Of a stretch of 64,000 bases of DNA, positions 26,701-38,300 are shown in pieces; within the stretch, counting starts at the first letter, position 1; the number at the start of each line of letters is the position of its first letter. The DNA comes from a virus. Lineage: Duplodnaviria > Caudoviricetes. A program made the position numbers and the translations under genes. The notes under the pieces are model-generated. The model saw only the letters and a program-made list of their open reading frames with translations, did not search any database and was not told the DNA's origin. The stretch covers positions 3,710 to 67,709 of the IMG/VR virus record IMGVR_UViG_3300020718_000012; one strand, given 5' to 3'.

Positions 26701-29700
26701 TTCTTCAGGTTTCAAAGTATGTCCAGGTTCTGGTTCTTTTAATCCTAATCTTTGCGCTAATCCAGCTACAGCTTTTCTAGAAGATCCAGTTATTTTTGGT
26801 TGTTCTTCTTTACCAGAAATTAATTCATCTATTTTATTAGCATCTAAACCAATCTTATCAGATACTTTATCTAATCCAGCTTTAATATCTTCATCAGATA
26901 CTCCTTTCTTTCTTTGGATATCAATAAATTCTTTTATTTTATTTTCTTGATCTTCTTTTGAAAATTGAGGTACTCCTTTTTCAACATCTGGTTTTATATT
27001 AGGTTCATTTACTTCTCCTTTAGGATACATACTTTGTGATACTAACTGAGATGATTTTAATGTAAATGGTTTTGGTTCACCTGTTTTTGTATCAATATAT
27101 GGTTCACCTTTTGCATTTTCAGTCATTACCTTTGGTGTCCACAATTTATCAATTAAATAAGCACCATCTAATATAAATGGATTTTCTCCATGAAATTTAG
27201 CATTAAATTGAGGATGTATAATTCCTTTATCTTGTATAGATAAGTGATCTACATTAGCATCTGAAGTAAAACCATTTGTAATAAAACCCCACTTACCTTC
27301 ATTCATGTAAGCTTCAACAATACCTTTTTCTCCAATATTGTAAAATAATTTTTCTTGGTTAAGACCTTGATTATCAAAAAGTGCTTTACTTATAAATTTA
27401 TTTGGTTCTACAGAAACATAACCAGGTTCATTTTTAGTTGCAGCTCTTTTACTTTTTTCAACTATACCAGCTAATAAATTATCTACTAATGAATTTCTAG
27501 CTTTAAAATTATTCCCAATATCACTTAATAAATCTTTAATCATGTTATCTAATACTTCAGGTGAACTAAAGTCAGCCTTACCATATTTTTTAACAAATTC
27601 ATCATAATGTTTACCAAATGCATCTTTTACAGCAACAATATCTTTACCAAAAAATTCATTTCTAAATTCAGATGATTTTAAAATTTTCTTAGGTAACATA
27701 GTTATTGCATCAAGAGTATTTTCAAGTGCATAAGCATTACCAAGCATACTTTCTGGTTTTTGGGTAGTAACAAGAATTAAACCTTTTCCACCCTCATTCA
27801 TTGCATTAATTGCTCCTCTTACTTGTTTTGGCTTACTTAATGCAGTAGATGCGAATCCAATATTATTATCAACATTTTCTTTTAATGCAGAATAATTAGG
27901 GCCACCATACATAAATATTTCCTTACCAGATGGTAATTTTAATTTACCAACACGAGTAGGATCTGTATTAATTGCAATTGCTTTATTACCAAATTCAGAT
28001 AATACATCTTTTAATGATCTTACAGGTAATTTTGATAATTCTTTTTCTTCAAATTTATCCCTACTAAATTTTATAGGGTTTACATTCCCGACTTTTGAAT
28101 CTTCAATATTTTTATCATTAATCTTTCCAGCTGCTAAAATATCTCCCTGAGCTTCACTTTTGGTAATTTCTTTAAAATCACCATTATATATCTCTTCACC
28201 TTTATTAAATTTCTCAGAAACTAATTTTGCTAAATCTTTAAGATCAGTAATGTTATTAATATCTTTACCTAAATCAAATCCTAATTTATTAATAGCATTT
28301 ATAACAAAATCTCTTACTTTTTCAAAATTTGTTTTATCTATTTTTATTGTACCATCTGCTACTTTTGCAATAAAATCAGTAATTGCTTCTTTTTTCTTAG
28401 TTGTTTCATCAAAATCCTCATAAATTTTATTCGCATTTTCTATAACTTCTTTCCCACCAGTTACTTTTTCTAATTGCTTATGTAAATCATTTATAATATC
28501 AGGTCTGTTTTTAGCCATATAGTCTAAAACAGGATGAAATCCTTCATGAAGCATTGTATCTGTAGTAACTTTATCCATATTTAAATGGATAGTACCATTA
28601 GAATCTAAATAAAATCCTTTAGTTGATGAATCTTGTTTTGATCCACCTGCATCTAAAACTGCTTTTTCATAACTTGCAGGACTAGTATGCACATTAACTT
28701 CTAATGGATTACCTGTAGTTTTCTTAACTAATTTTGATATAGAGTTTACTACATTCTTAACATCTGTTAATACTTTCTTTTGTGTATCATTTAATCCTTC
28801 ATCAGATATTGTATCTATGTTTTCAGCAGTATATTTCTTTGCTGGTGGTATCTCTCCTTCTATAGTTGGAGTAATACCTAAATGTGATAATAAATCATCT
28901 GCTACTGTATCAGCAACTGTTTTTTTGGTTTTACCTTCTTCTGTAGGGGTTAAAATTAATGGTGTTAATTTAACTTCTACAGGTGCCTCTTTTGTTGGTA
29001 CATTTTCTTTTGTTACAACAGGTTGAGCTACTTCAGTTTCCCCTGCAATTTCTGGTTTAGCATTTTTACCTAATGTTATTTGATATGCTAAATCTTCAGC
29101 TACATTACCTTTAAATGTTCTTTTTTGACCTGTTGGAGTTTCTAAACTTACAGATACTACATTACCTTCTTTATCTCTATTAATAGCTTGTGTTGGATCA
29201 GAATAGTTATTTACATATTCTTTTCCTCTTACAACTGGGTTGCCATTTTCGTTAATTTCTACTGATGAATTTTCAGCTTTAATACCTAATTTAGATGCTG
29301 GTATATTGCTCATTTCATCAACATTACCTATCTCGTATATTTTATTTGACTCATCTGGTTTGAATACAATAGTTTGTCCATCTTGATAAAACTGACCAAT
29401 TTCTTGATTATATGTACCTCTTTTATCAAGCATTTCACCTACAGTAATATCTTTTTGAATTTCATGACCTTGTGGATTATTTATTGGATTACCAAGATCA
29501 TCAGTTTCATGTGAAAATACATCTCCAGTCGATAATATTTTTGTTGCTTTATCTCTTAATTTTTGTATTTCAGCATCCATATAAGGATGATAACCTTTAT
29601 CAAGTTTACTTTTAGAAAATTCTAATTCATTTATTTTTTCTTGTAAACCTTTTAATGAAGCTTTAACATCATCAGGTAAATTTTGTGGTATTTGTAATTC

Positions 29701-31410
29701 TGTCTTGTTGTAATTATCAAGACTAGTCATTATCTTTTGAGTAGAACCTTGTGGAATAACTCCATTTTGTTCAGCAGCATCATACACTGCTTGAACATCA
29801 GCTTGTGGTAATTGAGAAACGACTTCTTTAGCTTGTGCAACAACTGGCTTTGGTACCCTTACAGCACCTGATACAATACCTAATGCTTGTGTAAGAGCTG
29901 CACCATGTTTACTTTCAAATGCTCTTCTAACACTTTCAATACCAGCAGCAGGTAAAACAGATATACCTGCCATATTTTTAAACTGATCCCAGCTATTATT
30001 TAATATATCTTCATCGCTTATTCTTAAACCAGCAGCTTTTGCACCAATATCTTGTAATAATGAACCAGCAGCAGCAAAACCTCCTTGTGCAGCCCCTTCA
30101 CCTGCAAGATGCTTTAAAGAACTAATAAATGGTTGAACATTTACATTAGTAGCAGCAGATTTTAAATTTTTAAATGCACCACCCATAGCAACTGCACCAA
30201 AACCACCACTTATAGCACCAGCTGTGCCTGCCATTTGAGCTTTATCAAAAGCTTCATCTTGTGATACACCTTGTTTAATTAAATCTTTATAAACTCTTTT
30301 TTCATTATCTACACTATTAGCTGTTGACATATCATTAAAAAATGACATAACATTTGCAGCTTGTTTAAGATTTGGAAGTATTTGAGCTGGAGCACCCATT
30401 AATTCAGCAGCGGCTCCTGAAGCAACTGGAGCACCCAGTAAAGTTGCACCTGTTACTGCACCAGCTCCATAAGCTGAAGCTTTTAAAAGTGGATATCCTA
30501 ATTGTGCAATATTTCTACCAGTCCAACCTGCTATAGATTTATCTTCTGCTTGTGGCAAATAATTTCCACCACCATGATCCTCTAAATATAACTCAGTGTT
30601 TAATTGTCCAATTTTATCTGGTTTAGATAATTTAGCATATGCTTCATCCTCTGTTTCTTTTTGATACATTTTATGATATGTATCCTTTATATTATCCCAA
30701 ACTGTATTTAATTGACCTGCTAAATCATAGTAACCAGTATTATTTGATGCTAAAATAGTATTTTTACCAGTTTTAGCATCTACCCCTACTTCATATTCTT
30801 TATTATATAAACCTTTTTCTAATTTTGCTCTTTCATTACTTTCACTCCATCCAGGATTATCCTTTTCAATTCCTTTCTTAATTGCAATAGTATTATTTAT
30901 TGCATCTTCTTTTGCCTCTTGCTCTTCTTGTAATATTTGTTTTGGACTCTTTAATTTTTTTGCTAAGAGATTAATTTTAACAGGCTCATGACTACCTACA
31001 ACAATTGGTTCTCCAATTATATTTGTAGTTGGCTGTATAGGCTTATTTATATCTCTTAATAATGCTGGATTGGTTGGAGCAAATACTTTTTTAGGTTGAA
31101 CACCAACTGCTTCAGCTAATTCAGGATTAGTAGGTACATACTTTTCTATACCAGGCTCATTAAAACGAGTAGTAACAGGTCTATTTTTTTCGGCTGCTAA
31201 ATCTTTTTTAATTTGATTAATCTTATCAGCCCAACCTTTATTATCTACTGATGGTGATGGACCAGCCGAAGATGACAAATCTGTACCATCTTTTTTTTTT
31301 AATATACCAAGTGGATCAGAATTATTTTTGCTTCCGCTAGATGTACTTAATATACCTAATGGATCTTTACCACTATTTACATCTTCATTATCTAAAATTT
31401 CTTCTGCCAT
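23740..31410 (-). CDS. Giant internal virion/ejection (polyvalent-type) protein with HExxH zincin-like domain
   Basis: 2556 aa; DPLGIL N-terminal repeats; hydrophobic Ala/Gly-rich region; TMLHEGFHPVL; follows smaller ejection-type genes. Confidence 0.65.
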   Translation of the reverse strand: MAEEILDNEDVNSGKDPLGILSTSSGSKNNSDPLGILKKKDGTDLSSSAGPSPSVDNKGWADKINQIKKDLAAEKNRPVTTRFNEPGIEKYVPTNPELAEAVGVQPKKVFAPTNPALLRDINKPIQPTTNIIGEPIVVGSHEPVKINLLAKKLKSPKQILQEEQEAKEDAINNTIAIKKGIEKDNPGWSESNERAKLEKGLYNKEYEVGVDAKTGKNTILASNNTGYYDLAGQLNTVWDNIKDTYHKMYQKETEDEAYAKLSKPDKIGQLNTELYLEDHGGGNYLPQAEDKSIAGWTGRNIAQLGYPLLKASAYGAGAVTGATLLGAPVASGAAAELMGAPAQILPNLKQAANVMSFFNDMSTANSVDNEKRVYKDLIKQGVSQDEAFDKAQMAGTAGAISGGFGAVAMGGAFKNLKSAATNVNVQPFISSLKHLAGEGAAQGGFAAAGSLLQDIGAKAAGLRISDEDILNNSWDQFKNMAGISVLPAAGIESVRRAFESKHGAALTQALGIVSGAVRVPKPVVAQAKEVVSQLPQADVQAVYDAAEQNGVIPQGSTQKIMTSLDNYNKTELQIPQNLPDDVKASLKGLQEKINELEFSKSKLDKGYHPYMDAEIQKLRDKATKILSTGDVFSHETDDLGNPINNPQGHEIQKDITVGEMLDKRGTYNQEIGQFYQDGQTIVFKPDESNKIYEIGNVDEMSNIPASKLGIKAENSSVEINENGNPVVRGKEYVNNYSDPTQAINRDKEGNVVSVSLETPTGQKRTFKGNVAEDLAYQITLGKNAKPEIAGETEVAQPVVTKENVPTKEAPVEVKLTPLILTPTEEGKTKKTVADTVADDLLSHLGITPTIEGEIPPAKKYTAENIDTISDEGLNDTQKKVLTDVKNVVNSISKLVKKTTGNPLEVNVHTSPASYEKAVLDAGGSKQDSSTKGFYLDSNGTIHLNMDKVTTDTMLHEGFHPVLDYMAKNRPDIINDLHKQLEKVTGGKEVIENANKIYEDFDETTKKKEAITDFIAKVADGTIKIDKTNFEKVRDFVINAINKLGFDLGKDINNITDLKDLAKLVSEKFNKGEEIYNGDFKEITKSEAQGDILAAGKINDKNIEDSKVGNVNPIKFSRDKFEEKELSKLPVRSLKDVLSEFGNKAIAINTDPTRVGKLKLPSGKEIFMYGGPNYSALKENVDNNIGFASTALSKPKQVRGAINAMNEGGKGLILVTTQKPESMLGNAYALENTLDAITMLPKKILKSSEFRNEFFGKDIVAVKDAFGKHYDEFVKKYGKADFSSPEVLDNMIKDLLSDIGNNFKARNSLVDNLLAGIVEKSKRAATKNEPGYVSVEPNKFISKALFDNQGLNQEKLFYNIGEKGIVEAYMNEGKWGFITNGFTSDANVDHLSIQDKGIIHPQFNAKFHGENPFILDGAYLIDKLWTPKVMTENAKGEPYIDTKTGEPKPFTLKSSQLVSQSMYPKGEVNEPNIKPDVEKGVPQFSKEDQENKIKEFIDIQRKKGVSDEDIKAGLDKVSDKIGLDANKIDELISGKEEQPKITGSSRKAVAGLAQRLGLKEPEPGHTLKPEEYKRRGQILLKGGATPEDIDNRADFELHDRISIGEAHAAELQKQLEKIAKSEPEGRNSVIYKDKLAELNKYLDRTGKLNTLAAHAFTSLQGGTDLDTGSFTAQVRRLEKAKGKDATEAEKQQVEKFTTKDQKLQQEATDAEAKFIEQLENEHNPKVTKKEVQKSQTYTEKAKKVADRFRKIKTTPFTFKDENGNEIPIQKQGIAWNDVVEAGAKAIEKTGEIADGVVAIIDAIKDNDWYKNLSDRDKDKLEKDLTAHYESAIKETPEAKNIKRLEKELEDLKQGKVKQQGPKRELSEREKELMDQIQDEKEKLGLVKSKMEKPLTEVEQKQKDEEELGKLQKQFVDKKDNKFTPEESKTIWNYAKNTYYNKGFSFPESIAKTAEDLGLKNDQVSNAIITPKTKAASGEMYTKRSELNKNRQALQRYIDNRNESKFDKAVKTIVGVPKAAQTFGHSHVFIGTHAITNILDPRHFIKTLKAVENSYRFSYEKNPTYYESHMDALRNDPLFEKAKKAGLQNDPDNINFDSEQAFQKYLGKFGKAGERGFNAVKVLRQEIFNYEYNKLSESEKKDEKALERIAGLINNWTGGTNIDMSGDIGSLVKGATFSSSMEGSRWEKILAPFKAATYISKSGLSKVNKGLATLIPSMQGFIKDATPSQKAYSKAWAGRAGRQLGTYLLLLGANSAIQHMVNPDKEVNWTHPTRPDWLLPKFGSHDVTVDLSGGLLTTIGLLATIAKISFENERYLPKNQNRTEALTGAVGKYIRGKLSPIASLAIDLAFRRDYSGNVVPYSSDVPAPGKRKLGWGEYIANHFAPLPIAEGIKETKKSAQDSGVSDAQWNDIMKGLLSGTTSFLTGLKLKNIFDKAENEGPSDNIINYKKGGKLITDEEYNQYKVLRNKLFDKYVDEVKKNGITVEFGERVPYAKYQKEHKEEFNKEINRLKTYAAEQAKESLFGKKEKDESNEGKEAQRQDRQERGIGGTNEDEENQ

Positions 31411-31416
31411 TTGTTA

Positions 31417-32868
31417 TTATTTAATGTTCCCTAATTTAATTGCTTTTTCAATATCTTTATCTGAATACCCTAATTTATTTAACTCTTTATGAGTATATGA
31501 TTTACCATTAAATGAATATGATTTATCTGTAATATTATCTTCTATTTTAGTACCTTTTCCTTCAAATTTTCTTTGTTTATCAGCAGCAAAATCCCTAGTT
31601 ATTTCTGCTGAATTCATTCCAACAGGTGAAACCTTACTAATATAGCCATCTTTTGAAGAAATACTATATTTTTTATTCATAGTTAATGGTGTTCTACTAT
31701 CTTTATTCATTACATCAAAGAATTTTCTGCCTAGATTTTTACCTTCAGTATTATAATTATTTATACTAGCTGGCTCATTATTTTCATTTGTAACAAAACC
31801 ATTTATTATTTTATAAGTATGACCATCTGCTGCTTGACCTAAATATATTGGTTGACCACCTCCTCCAAAAAGATCAAATATATGTGGTGTTGTTGGAATA
31901 TCATTATTATTTAAATCATAATCCTTGTTTATTTTATGTATGGTTGTAGCTGTATTAATTGATCTTCTAGTTTTAGATGCTTCGGATTCTTCAGGTGTAA
32001 ATGGATTACTTTGAGTCAATGGAGCTTCACTAATAGTATGAGCTAAATGAATTCCCTCTGGTGTTAATGGCATTATTTGTTTTTGTCCGTTTGGTAATAA
32101 TGGCATTCTATCACTATAAATTTTACCTAATCTTTGAATTTCATTTTTATCATTTAATAATTGTTGTGCTAACATTTGATGTCCAATATTATTTTGTAAT
32201 GTAGTAGCAGAAATAGATTGTAATTGATTAATATCTGGATATTTAGTTATTGCAAATCTTGGCTTATCATTAATACCTGTTACTGGCAACTTAATAAGAT
32301 CTTCTTTTTGTGTACCTTCAACAGAAGGTATTTTCCTTAATTCATTTACATACTCTGTTTGATTATATGGTTTATAGAATTGTACATTATTTAAATTAGG
32401 TTGTACATATCCATTACCATAAGGCTTCATTGCATCATTAAATATATCCAAATAATTATCAGTTACATGTTTGCCTTCTGCAATTTGTTTATCATGAAAT
32501 TCTTTTAAAGCTTTTCTTTCACCTGCTGCTTGTTTTGCACCAGCTAAATAATCTTTTAAATTTCTAAATCCAGCATCTAATGTGCTTTGAGCATCATAAC
32601 CATATTTAGATGGATTATTAATTTGCTCTTTATTTTTAATTCCAAAACCTTTTACTTCATTTAATTTATCTGCAAAAATCTTTTGCTCTTCAGGAGTTAA
32701 TCCTTGTGCATTTAAAGATTTTTCATAATCTTTATAATATTTATCAATAGCTTCAGCTTTAGCTTGTTGATGCTGAATTTCTTGAATAGCCATTTGAGTT
32801 GGCTTAGATGATATATCTAAAACTGTTCCACCTCCATAAGGGTTAAATCCTAATAATCCTGTAGCCAT
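31417..32868 (-). CDS. Putative internal virion/ejection protein
   Basis: 483 aa, helical, between pilot-like protein and giant protein. Confidence 0.55.
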   Translation of the reverse strand: MATGLLGFNPYGGGTVLDISSKPTQMAIQEIQHQQAKAEAIDKYYKDYEKSLNAQGLTPEEQKIFADKLNEVKGFGIKNKEQINNPSKYGYDAQSTLDAGFRNLKDYLAGAKQAAGERKALKEFHDKQIAEGKHVTDNYLDIFNDAMKPYGNGYVQPNLNNVQFYKPYNQTEYVNELRKIPSVEGTQKEDLIKLPVTGINDKPRFAITKYPDINQLQSISATTLQNNIGHQMLAQQLLNDKNEIQRLGKIYSDRMPLLPNGQKQIMPLTPEGIHLAHTISEAPLTQSNPFTPEESEASKTRRSINTATTIHKINKDYDLNNNDIPTTPHIFDLFGGGGQPIYLGQAADGHTYKIINGFVTNENNEPASINNYNTEGKNLGRKFFDVMNKDSRTPLTMNKKYSISSKDGYISKVSPVGMNSAEITRDFAADKQRKFEGKGTKIEDNITDKSYSFNGKSYTHKELNKLGYSDKDIEKAIKLGNIK

Positions 32869-32878
32869 TTTTTATTTT

Positions 32879-33598
32879 TTATGAATTTACTAAATCAATA
32901 TTTTCATATAATGGATTAGTTCCAATTGGATTATTATTTATGTCCCATGAATTTTTAGATATTGGATTACTAATTGGAGGTGTTTTTTTACCACCATTAT
33001 ATCCATTTGCTGAAGCCATATATGCAGAAGCTAAATTACTTAATCCACCAGCTGCTGTTTGCCATCCTGCTTGTTGTCTAGCATTTGCTGCTTGTGCAGC
33101 ATATTGAGATAATCCAAATTTTCTCATATATGGATCTAATACATTATTTTGAAAAACTCTATTTGCATCATTTTGTTGCATTTGAGCTGCTTGACCATAT
33201 TGTCCAAAATTAGCTCTTTGTTGACCCTCAGATTGTACACCTAAATTTGTTAATGCAGTATCTTGACCTAATGCAATTCTACCTGCTCCTGCTATTGCAG
33301 ATCCTCTTCCCTGTAAATTATTTAAAGCTGTAGCTGTACTTCTTTGAATATTATTTTTACCTGCGTAATAAAATGGTGAATTATAAGCTCCTTGATTATA
33401 TCTATTTCTAGCTTCTTGATAATAATCATTAATAGATTTACTTTGTGTTGTAAGTGGGCTTTGATTTGCTAAATCATTCATTCTTTTTTCAGCATCTTTT
33501 CTACCACTGAAAATGCCTTGCGCAAGCCCACCTAAAACTTGTGTACCACCAGCTATTGCAGCTACTGTACCTGCTGTTCCTAATCCTGCAAAACTCAT
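32879..33598 (-). CDS. Putative ejection/pilot protein
   Basis: Gly/Ala/Gln-rich, hydrophobic N-terminus, QQAGWQTAAGGLSNLA typical of podovirus ejection proteins. Confidence 0.65.
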   Translation of the reverse strand: MSFAGLGTAGTVAAIAGGTQVLGGLAQGIFSGRKDAEKRMNDLANQSPLTTQSKSINDYYQEARNRYNQGAYNSPFYYAGKNNIQRSTATALNNLQGRGSAIAGAGRIALGQDTALTNLGVQSEGQQRANFGQYGQAAQMQQNDANRVFQNNVLDPYMRKFGLSQYAAQAANARQQAGWQTAAGGLSNLASAYMASANGYNGGKKTPPISNPISKNSWDINNNPIGTNPLYENIDLVNS

Positions 33599-34095
33599 AA
33601 TTGTAAGTTTTTAATATTATTATTCAAAAGTTCTTTATAATCTTTATTAATATTAGTTCCTGTAATATAATTTATATGTGGTTCTAATATTTTATCTTCA
33701 ATTTTTTCTACTATTTCTTCTATTTCTTCCTTACTTAAATAATTATATTCAGATTTCATCCCTTCAATTCTATGAAATGTTGTCCAAATACAATCTTCAA
33801 TTATATATAAAACTCTTCTAGTTCCTGGTTTTGTGATTCCCGTATATGGAGCCTCTATATTTTCCCATTCTGTTGCATCTATTGATACAGCTGCTTTTCC
33901 TAATGAAACAACAAAAGGATGTTCAGTTTTATGTATCTTACTTGTCCATAATGAACCTGCAGGCATATAAATTTCTCTAATATACATTCCATCGGTAAAA
34001 CGATGTATTAATGGAGCATCTATCAAAGAATCTGATTCTTGAATAATAAGAGCTTCTAATTCATCAATAATATTATCATTTTCTCTTAAAATCAC
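33595..34095 (-). CDS. Cupin-fold protein preceding ejection genes
   Basis: HRFTDGMYIREI.MPAG...KIHKTEH...APY...KPGTRR...WTTFH. Confidence 0.65.
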   Translation of the reverse strand: MILRENDNIIDELEALIIQESDSLIDAPLIHRFTDGMYIREIYMPAGSLWTSKIHKTEHPFVVSLGKAAVSIDATEWENIEAPYTGITKPGTRRVLYIIEDCIWTTFHRIEGMKSEYNYLSKEEIEEIVEKIEDKILEPHINYITGTNINKDYKELLNNNIKNLQL

Positions 34096-34643
34096 TATCT
34101 TATATTCAAAGGTGAATCAATATATTTAATTCCTACATTGTTCAAATATACGAAAGAATTTGCATTAGTTTTCTCAAATTTTGCTACTATATATCCTCCT
34201 TTTAATGAACTTCCTTCAATCAAACCACCTTGGCTATTTTTGTCTTTTAAGAATGAAGCATTATATGTAGATTCCAAAGTAACAAAATCTACTTCCTTAA
34301 GCTCACTTTCTTGCCTAACGGTATCATAGCTATTCATTTGAGTGTAAATTAAAGGACATTCCCATACTGTATTGGATGTTTCAACTATTGAAACCCAAGT
34401 CTTTTTATTAATTACAGCTTGATTGAATACAGTAGTTATTGAAGCACCATATTGGACTCCAAAAAAGTTGCAAAATGTGCTATTATTTGAATGAATCCAC
34501 ATTTGTCCATTTTTAAATGAAAATAGATTAGTTTCTAAATTTCCATAAAATTCTGGGAAATATGAGTAAAATGACTCAAAAGCATTTCCAACTTCATCAA
34601 ATGAAATAGTATATGGATCTTGATGATATATAGGTGCTGACAT
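34095..34643 (-). CDS. Tail nozzle/stabilization protein, C-terminal part
   Basis: TISFDE..N.FESFYSY.PE...LFSFKNGQMWIH...NFFGVQY. Confidence 0.65.
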   Translation of the reverse strand: MSAPIYHQDPYTISFDEVGNAFESFYSYFPEFYGNLETNLFSFKNGQMWIHSNNSTFCNFFGVQYGASITTVFNQAVINKKTWVSIVETSNTVWECPLIYTQMNSYDTVRQESELKEVDFVTLESTYNASFLKDKNSQGGLIEGSSLKGGYIVAKFEKTNANSFVYLNNVGIKYIDSPLNIR

Positions 34644-34645
34644 GA

Positions 34646-34861
34646 TTAGTTAGTTATGGGTATAGCTAAAGAATTAGTACAAGTTCCAGTTGATGTAACT
34701 GTAATTATTGTAGCTGAATTATCTACTGAAACAACATAACCAGCTAATAATTCGCTTAATGTTGCAGTTGTAGGTGTAACCAAACCAACATTTGTTGAAA
34801 GATCAAATGTGGGGCCCAAATTAGCACCTAAACCAGTATTTAAAGTTAATGTTACATTCAT
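34646..34861 (-). CDS. Small beta-rich structural protein
   Basis: LGPTFDLS...SELLAGY; similar to 34881 ORF. Confidence 0.6.
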   Translation of the reverse strand: MNVTLTLNTGLGANLGPTFDLSTNVGLVTPTTATLSELLAGYVVSVDNSATIITVTSTGTCTNSLAIPITN

Positions 34862-34880
34862 TTTATAAATTTTTAATTAA

Positions 34881-35312
34881 TTAAGCACATTGACATGTTG
34901 AATTAGTTAAAGTACCAAGATATTCCATAGTAGGATATAATGCTAACATAGCACTTAAACTTCCAGTATTTACTTTAGAATAACATTTAGCTCCTGCATC
35001 TTGTGCATTAGCAGCGTAAGCTGTTGTTGCTTCTATATAATAATAAGCACTATTTAAACATTGTTGATATACTGAAACATTAGGATTATTTACATTCATA
35101 TCAACATAATTTGTACAATTTAAACTATTAGATTTTACTCTAACAATTGAAGTTGTACTTGGTACTACTGTTGATACATACCCTGCTAATAAACTTGTTT
35201 TACTAACCCCTACCTCAAATGGTGTAACAAATGAATCAACATTTGAATACAAATTAAATGGCCCTGTATCTGAACCTGCTGCCGCTAATGTTATTGTTGC
35301 TGAAAATGACAT
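34881..35312 (-). CDS. Beta-rich structural protein with Cys-rich C-terminus
   Basis: DTGPFNLYS...TSLLAGY...RVKS...C. Confidence 0.65.
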   Translation of the reverse strand: MSFSATITLAAAGSDTGPFNLYSNVDSFVTPFEVGVSKTSLLAGYVSTVVPSTTSIVRVKSNSLNCTNYVDMNVNNPNVSVYQQCLNSAYYYIEATTAYAANAQDAGAKCYSKVNTGSLSAMLALYPTMEYLGTLTNSTCQCA

Positions 35313-35322
35313 ATTTATTTTT

Positions 35323-38300
35323 TTAAGATATTACTATTACTGAACCTGGAGTTAATGAACAATTACCTGTTAAAACTGAACCTGCAACTAATGTACAATC
35401 TGGACCTGCTGATCTTATAGCTGTTCCGCCATTAAATGAACATAAAGCAGGAACTATAACTGCACTACCTCCATTAAAAGTACAATTAGGTGCATATCTA
35501 TTAATTTCTTCCATTGCTATTATATACTTATTCGTATATGCATCAAATACACCATATATACAAGGATTTCCAGTATAAACCTGACCATCAGGAGCAACTC
35601 CATTATTTAAATCTTGTCTATATTGAGTTAAAGTTGGAACAAAAAATGCATTTGTATGATAAATAATACTTAATGGAGTTATTCCATCCTGAGATAATCT
35701 ACATACTACACCTCTATAATTATCTACAAAATAATCTGCAAAGTTATTCCAAGCTAAACTTGTAGATGCATCACCGATTCCATAATCCCCCGCATAATAT
35801 TGAATTTTATTAATTAACTTATCAGTATTTGCTTGTAATGGATTATTTGCGCTATCCTTAATAATCTGAGTCAAGATAGGTACATTACCAACTTTAAACT
35901 TTTGGTAAACTTTTAAATATCTTTCCCTTACATGCAAACGCATTACATCACCAAAACTTCTATCATATTCATCTAAATTTTCAGGATAAAATCTATTTAT
36001 ATTATTAATACTTGTATTGGCTTGATATTCCTGTCCAAATCTAATAACAACTGGATAATAAACCTGTGCTGCATTTTCATCAATTACAGATGGTCTACCA
36101 TTACTATTTTTTACTAAATTATAGGTATCATTAAAACTTGATTCAATAATATTTATTGTATCATTTTTTAATACACTAAAATTTAAAACAAAAGAATTTA
36201 ATGTAAATGAATTAGTTGATCCAGCATTATCAGTATAAACAGCTATCCAAACTTTTGTACTTATAGGTACATCAAATGAAGCATCTAAGTTAAATGAAGT
36301 TTGAACTTGAGATTGTACAATATGTGATGCAGTAAGAGGCACATATTTTGGTGAATTACTACTATCAATTAATATAGCTTGTAAATAAAATGTTGTATTG
36401 TCGGATGGCTCAGATTGATAAACACTAAAATCCCCTTTTAATCTTATTGTTTGAGCTTTAGTTGTAAGTAAATTTTCAAAAAAGAAATTAGGACTACTAA
36501 AAATTGTAGGTAAAGTACTTGTAAAAGGTTGACTTTGCAAAATATAACTTGTTGTATTTACTGGTGTATTTGGCACAGTAATTAACATTAATGAGTTAAT
36601 ATCTTGACTTTGAGGTCCAGCTGATAAATTATAATTATCATTAAATGGAACTTTTCTTTCTCTAAAAAATAAATCACCGTTAGTTGCAGATATAATTGCT
36701 GGAACTCCTATTGGATTATATGGTGATTGACTTTGTTCTAAACCTATATGATAAGCTAAATTTGTACCAGGATTTCCAATTCCAAAACATTTTCCAAACT
36801 CATAAAAAAATCTTTGAGTTGATGATGCATTTGATGTAAAATTATAAAGAAATATTTCATAATGTAAATAATCTCCAGATCCATCAAAATTTATATCATA
36901 ACCTATATCATTAGTTGGATATGCAATTTTTACAAAATTTCCAACTTTAGTTGTATTATCTGATAATGTTATTGAACCAACAGTCCCTAAAATCTCATAA
37001 TCATATACGCCTACAAATGTATGTTGAGCATTTGCGGCATCATATCTTTTAATAAATCTAATTCTATCACCAGCGGTAAATGAATAAGAAACAACACCCT
37101 GTGTTGATGATATAGACAAATTATAATCTTCAATATTAGCAACATCTATATATGCAAATCTTTGTGTAGTAGTATCAAACGAACTACTAGAATAAGCTCC
37201 TAAACTAATCCAAAATAATCTTTTATTAAATGTTGTATTATTAGATCTTACTAATTGATAATAAACTGCCTCTAATGGAGGTCTATTTTGAATTTCTAAA
37301 TATGTATAGGGATAGTTATATTCAACATTTGTAATTCCATTATAAACTGTTGATGTAGGAGTAGTAAATGAAGAAATTCCTCCTATTTGAGTACCAATAG
37401 TTCTTCCAACACTATCAAAATATTGAACACCATATTGATACCCTGCCTCCCATGAATTAGCAAGAACAGTATTTACTGGTTCACTTGAATTGTATAAATA
37501 CTTTACACCACTTGAATATAATGTAAATCCATTACTATAACTCATAGTTAGAACATTAGTTCCAATAGAAACAAATGACCAACCTTTAGCAATTAGAGCT
37601 GTTTTTATAGCATTAAGCAAATCAGATACTTCTACAGAATCTGCATCTAACTCATACGTTACACCTATATTTTCATAAGCAGAATCTATAGCATTTATTA
37701 CATAAATACCTCTAGGATTATTTAAAGTTGTTACATTTCCAGAAGTATTTGTTCCTGTTCCATAAACATATACTTGTAATATATTGCCGCTAGTTCCACT
37801 ATCTGATCCATTACAAGTTGCAAAAAATCCTAATCCACATTTGTCAAAAAAATATCCATCGGTTTCTCTACCAGAAGATGCATATAATTCCATTTGGGTT
37901 TTATTATATCCTTCAGTAATACCAGCATATAATAAAGTATTACCATTTGCTAATTCTGCTGCATTTGCTTTTTGAGGAACCCAATCTTGCAATTGAGAAG
38001 TTTCAATAACATCTAATGGCGTATATATACTATTATTGTAAAATTTATATGTGAAAATTGAATTATCTGTTAAAGAATTATTCAATTTATTAAATGAACC
38101 TATTAAATACCAATCACTTGTAACACCATTAGTTGTTTCTCTAAATGCTATTTCAATTGCTTTTACATTTTGTTGGCCTGTACTTACTGATACAGATATT
38201 CTACAGTTATTATATATTACTGGATCTGTTAGCAATAATGTATCTTGTTGTGGCAATGGAACAATACTATTTGAACTCCAAACAGATTTTTCATTATTTA

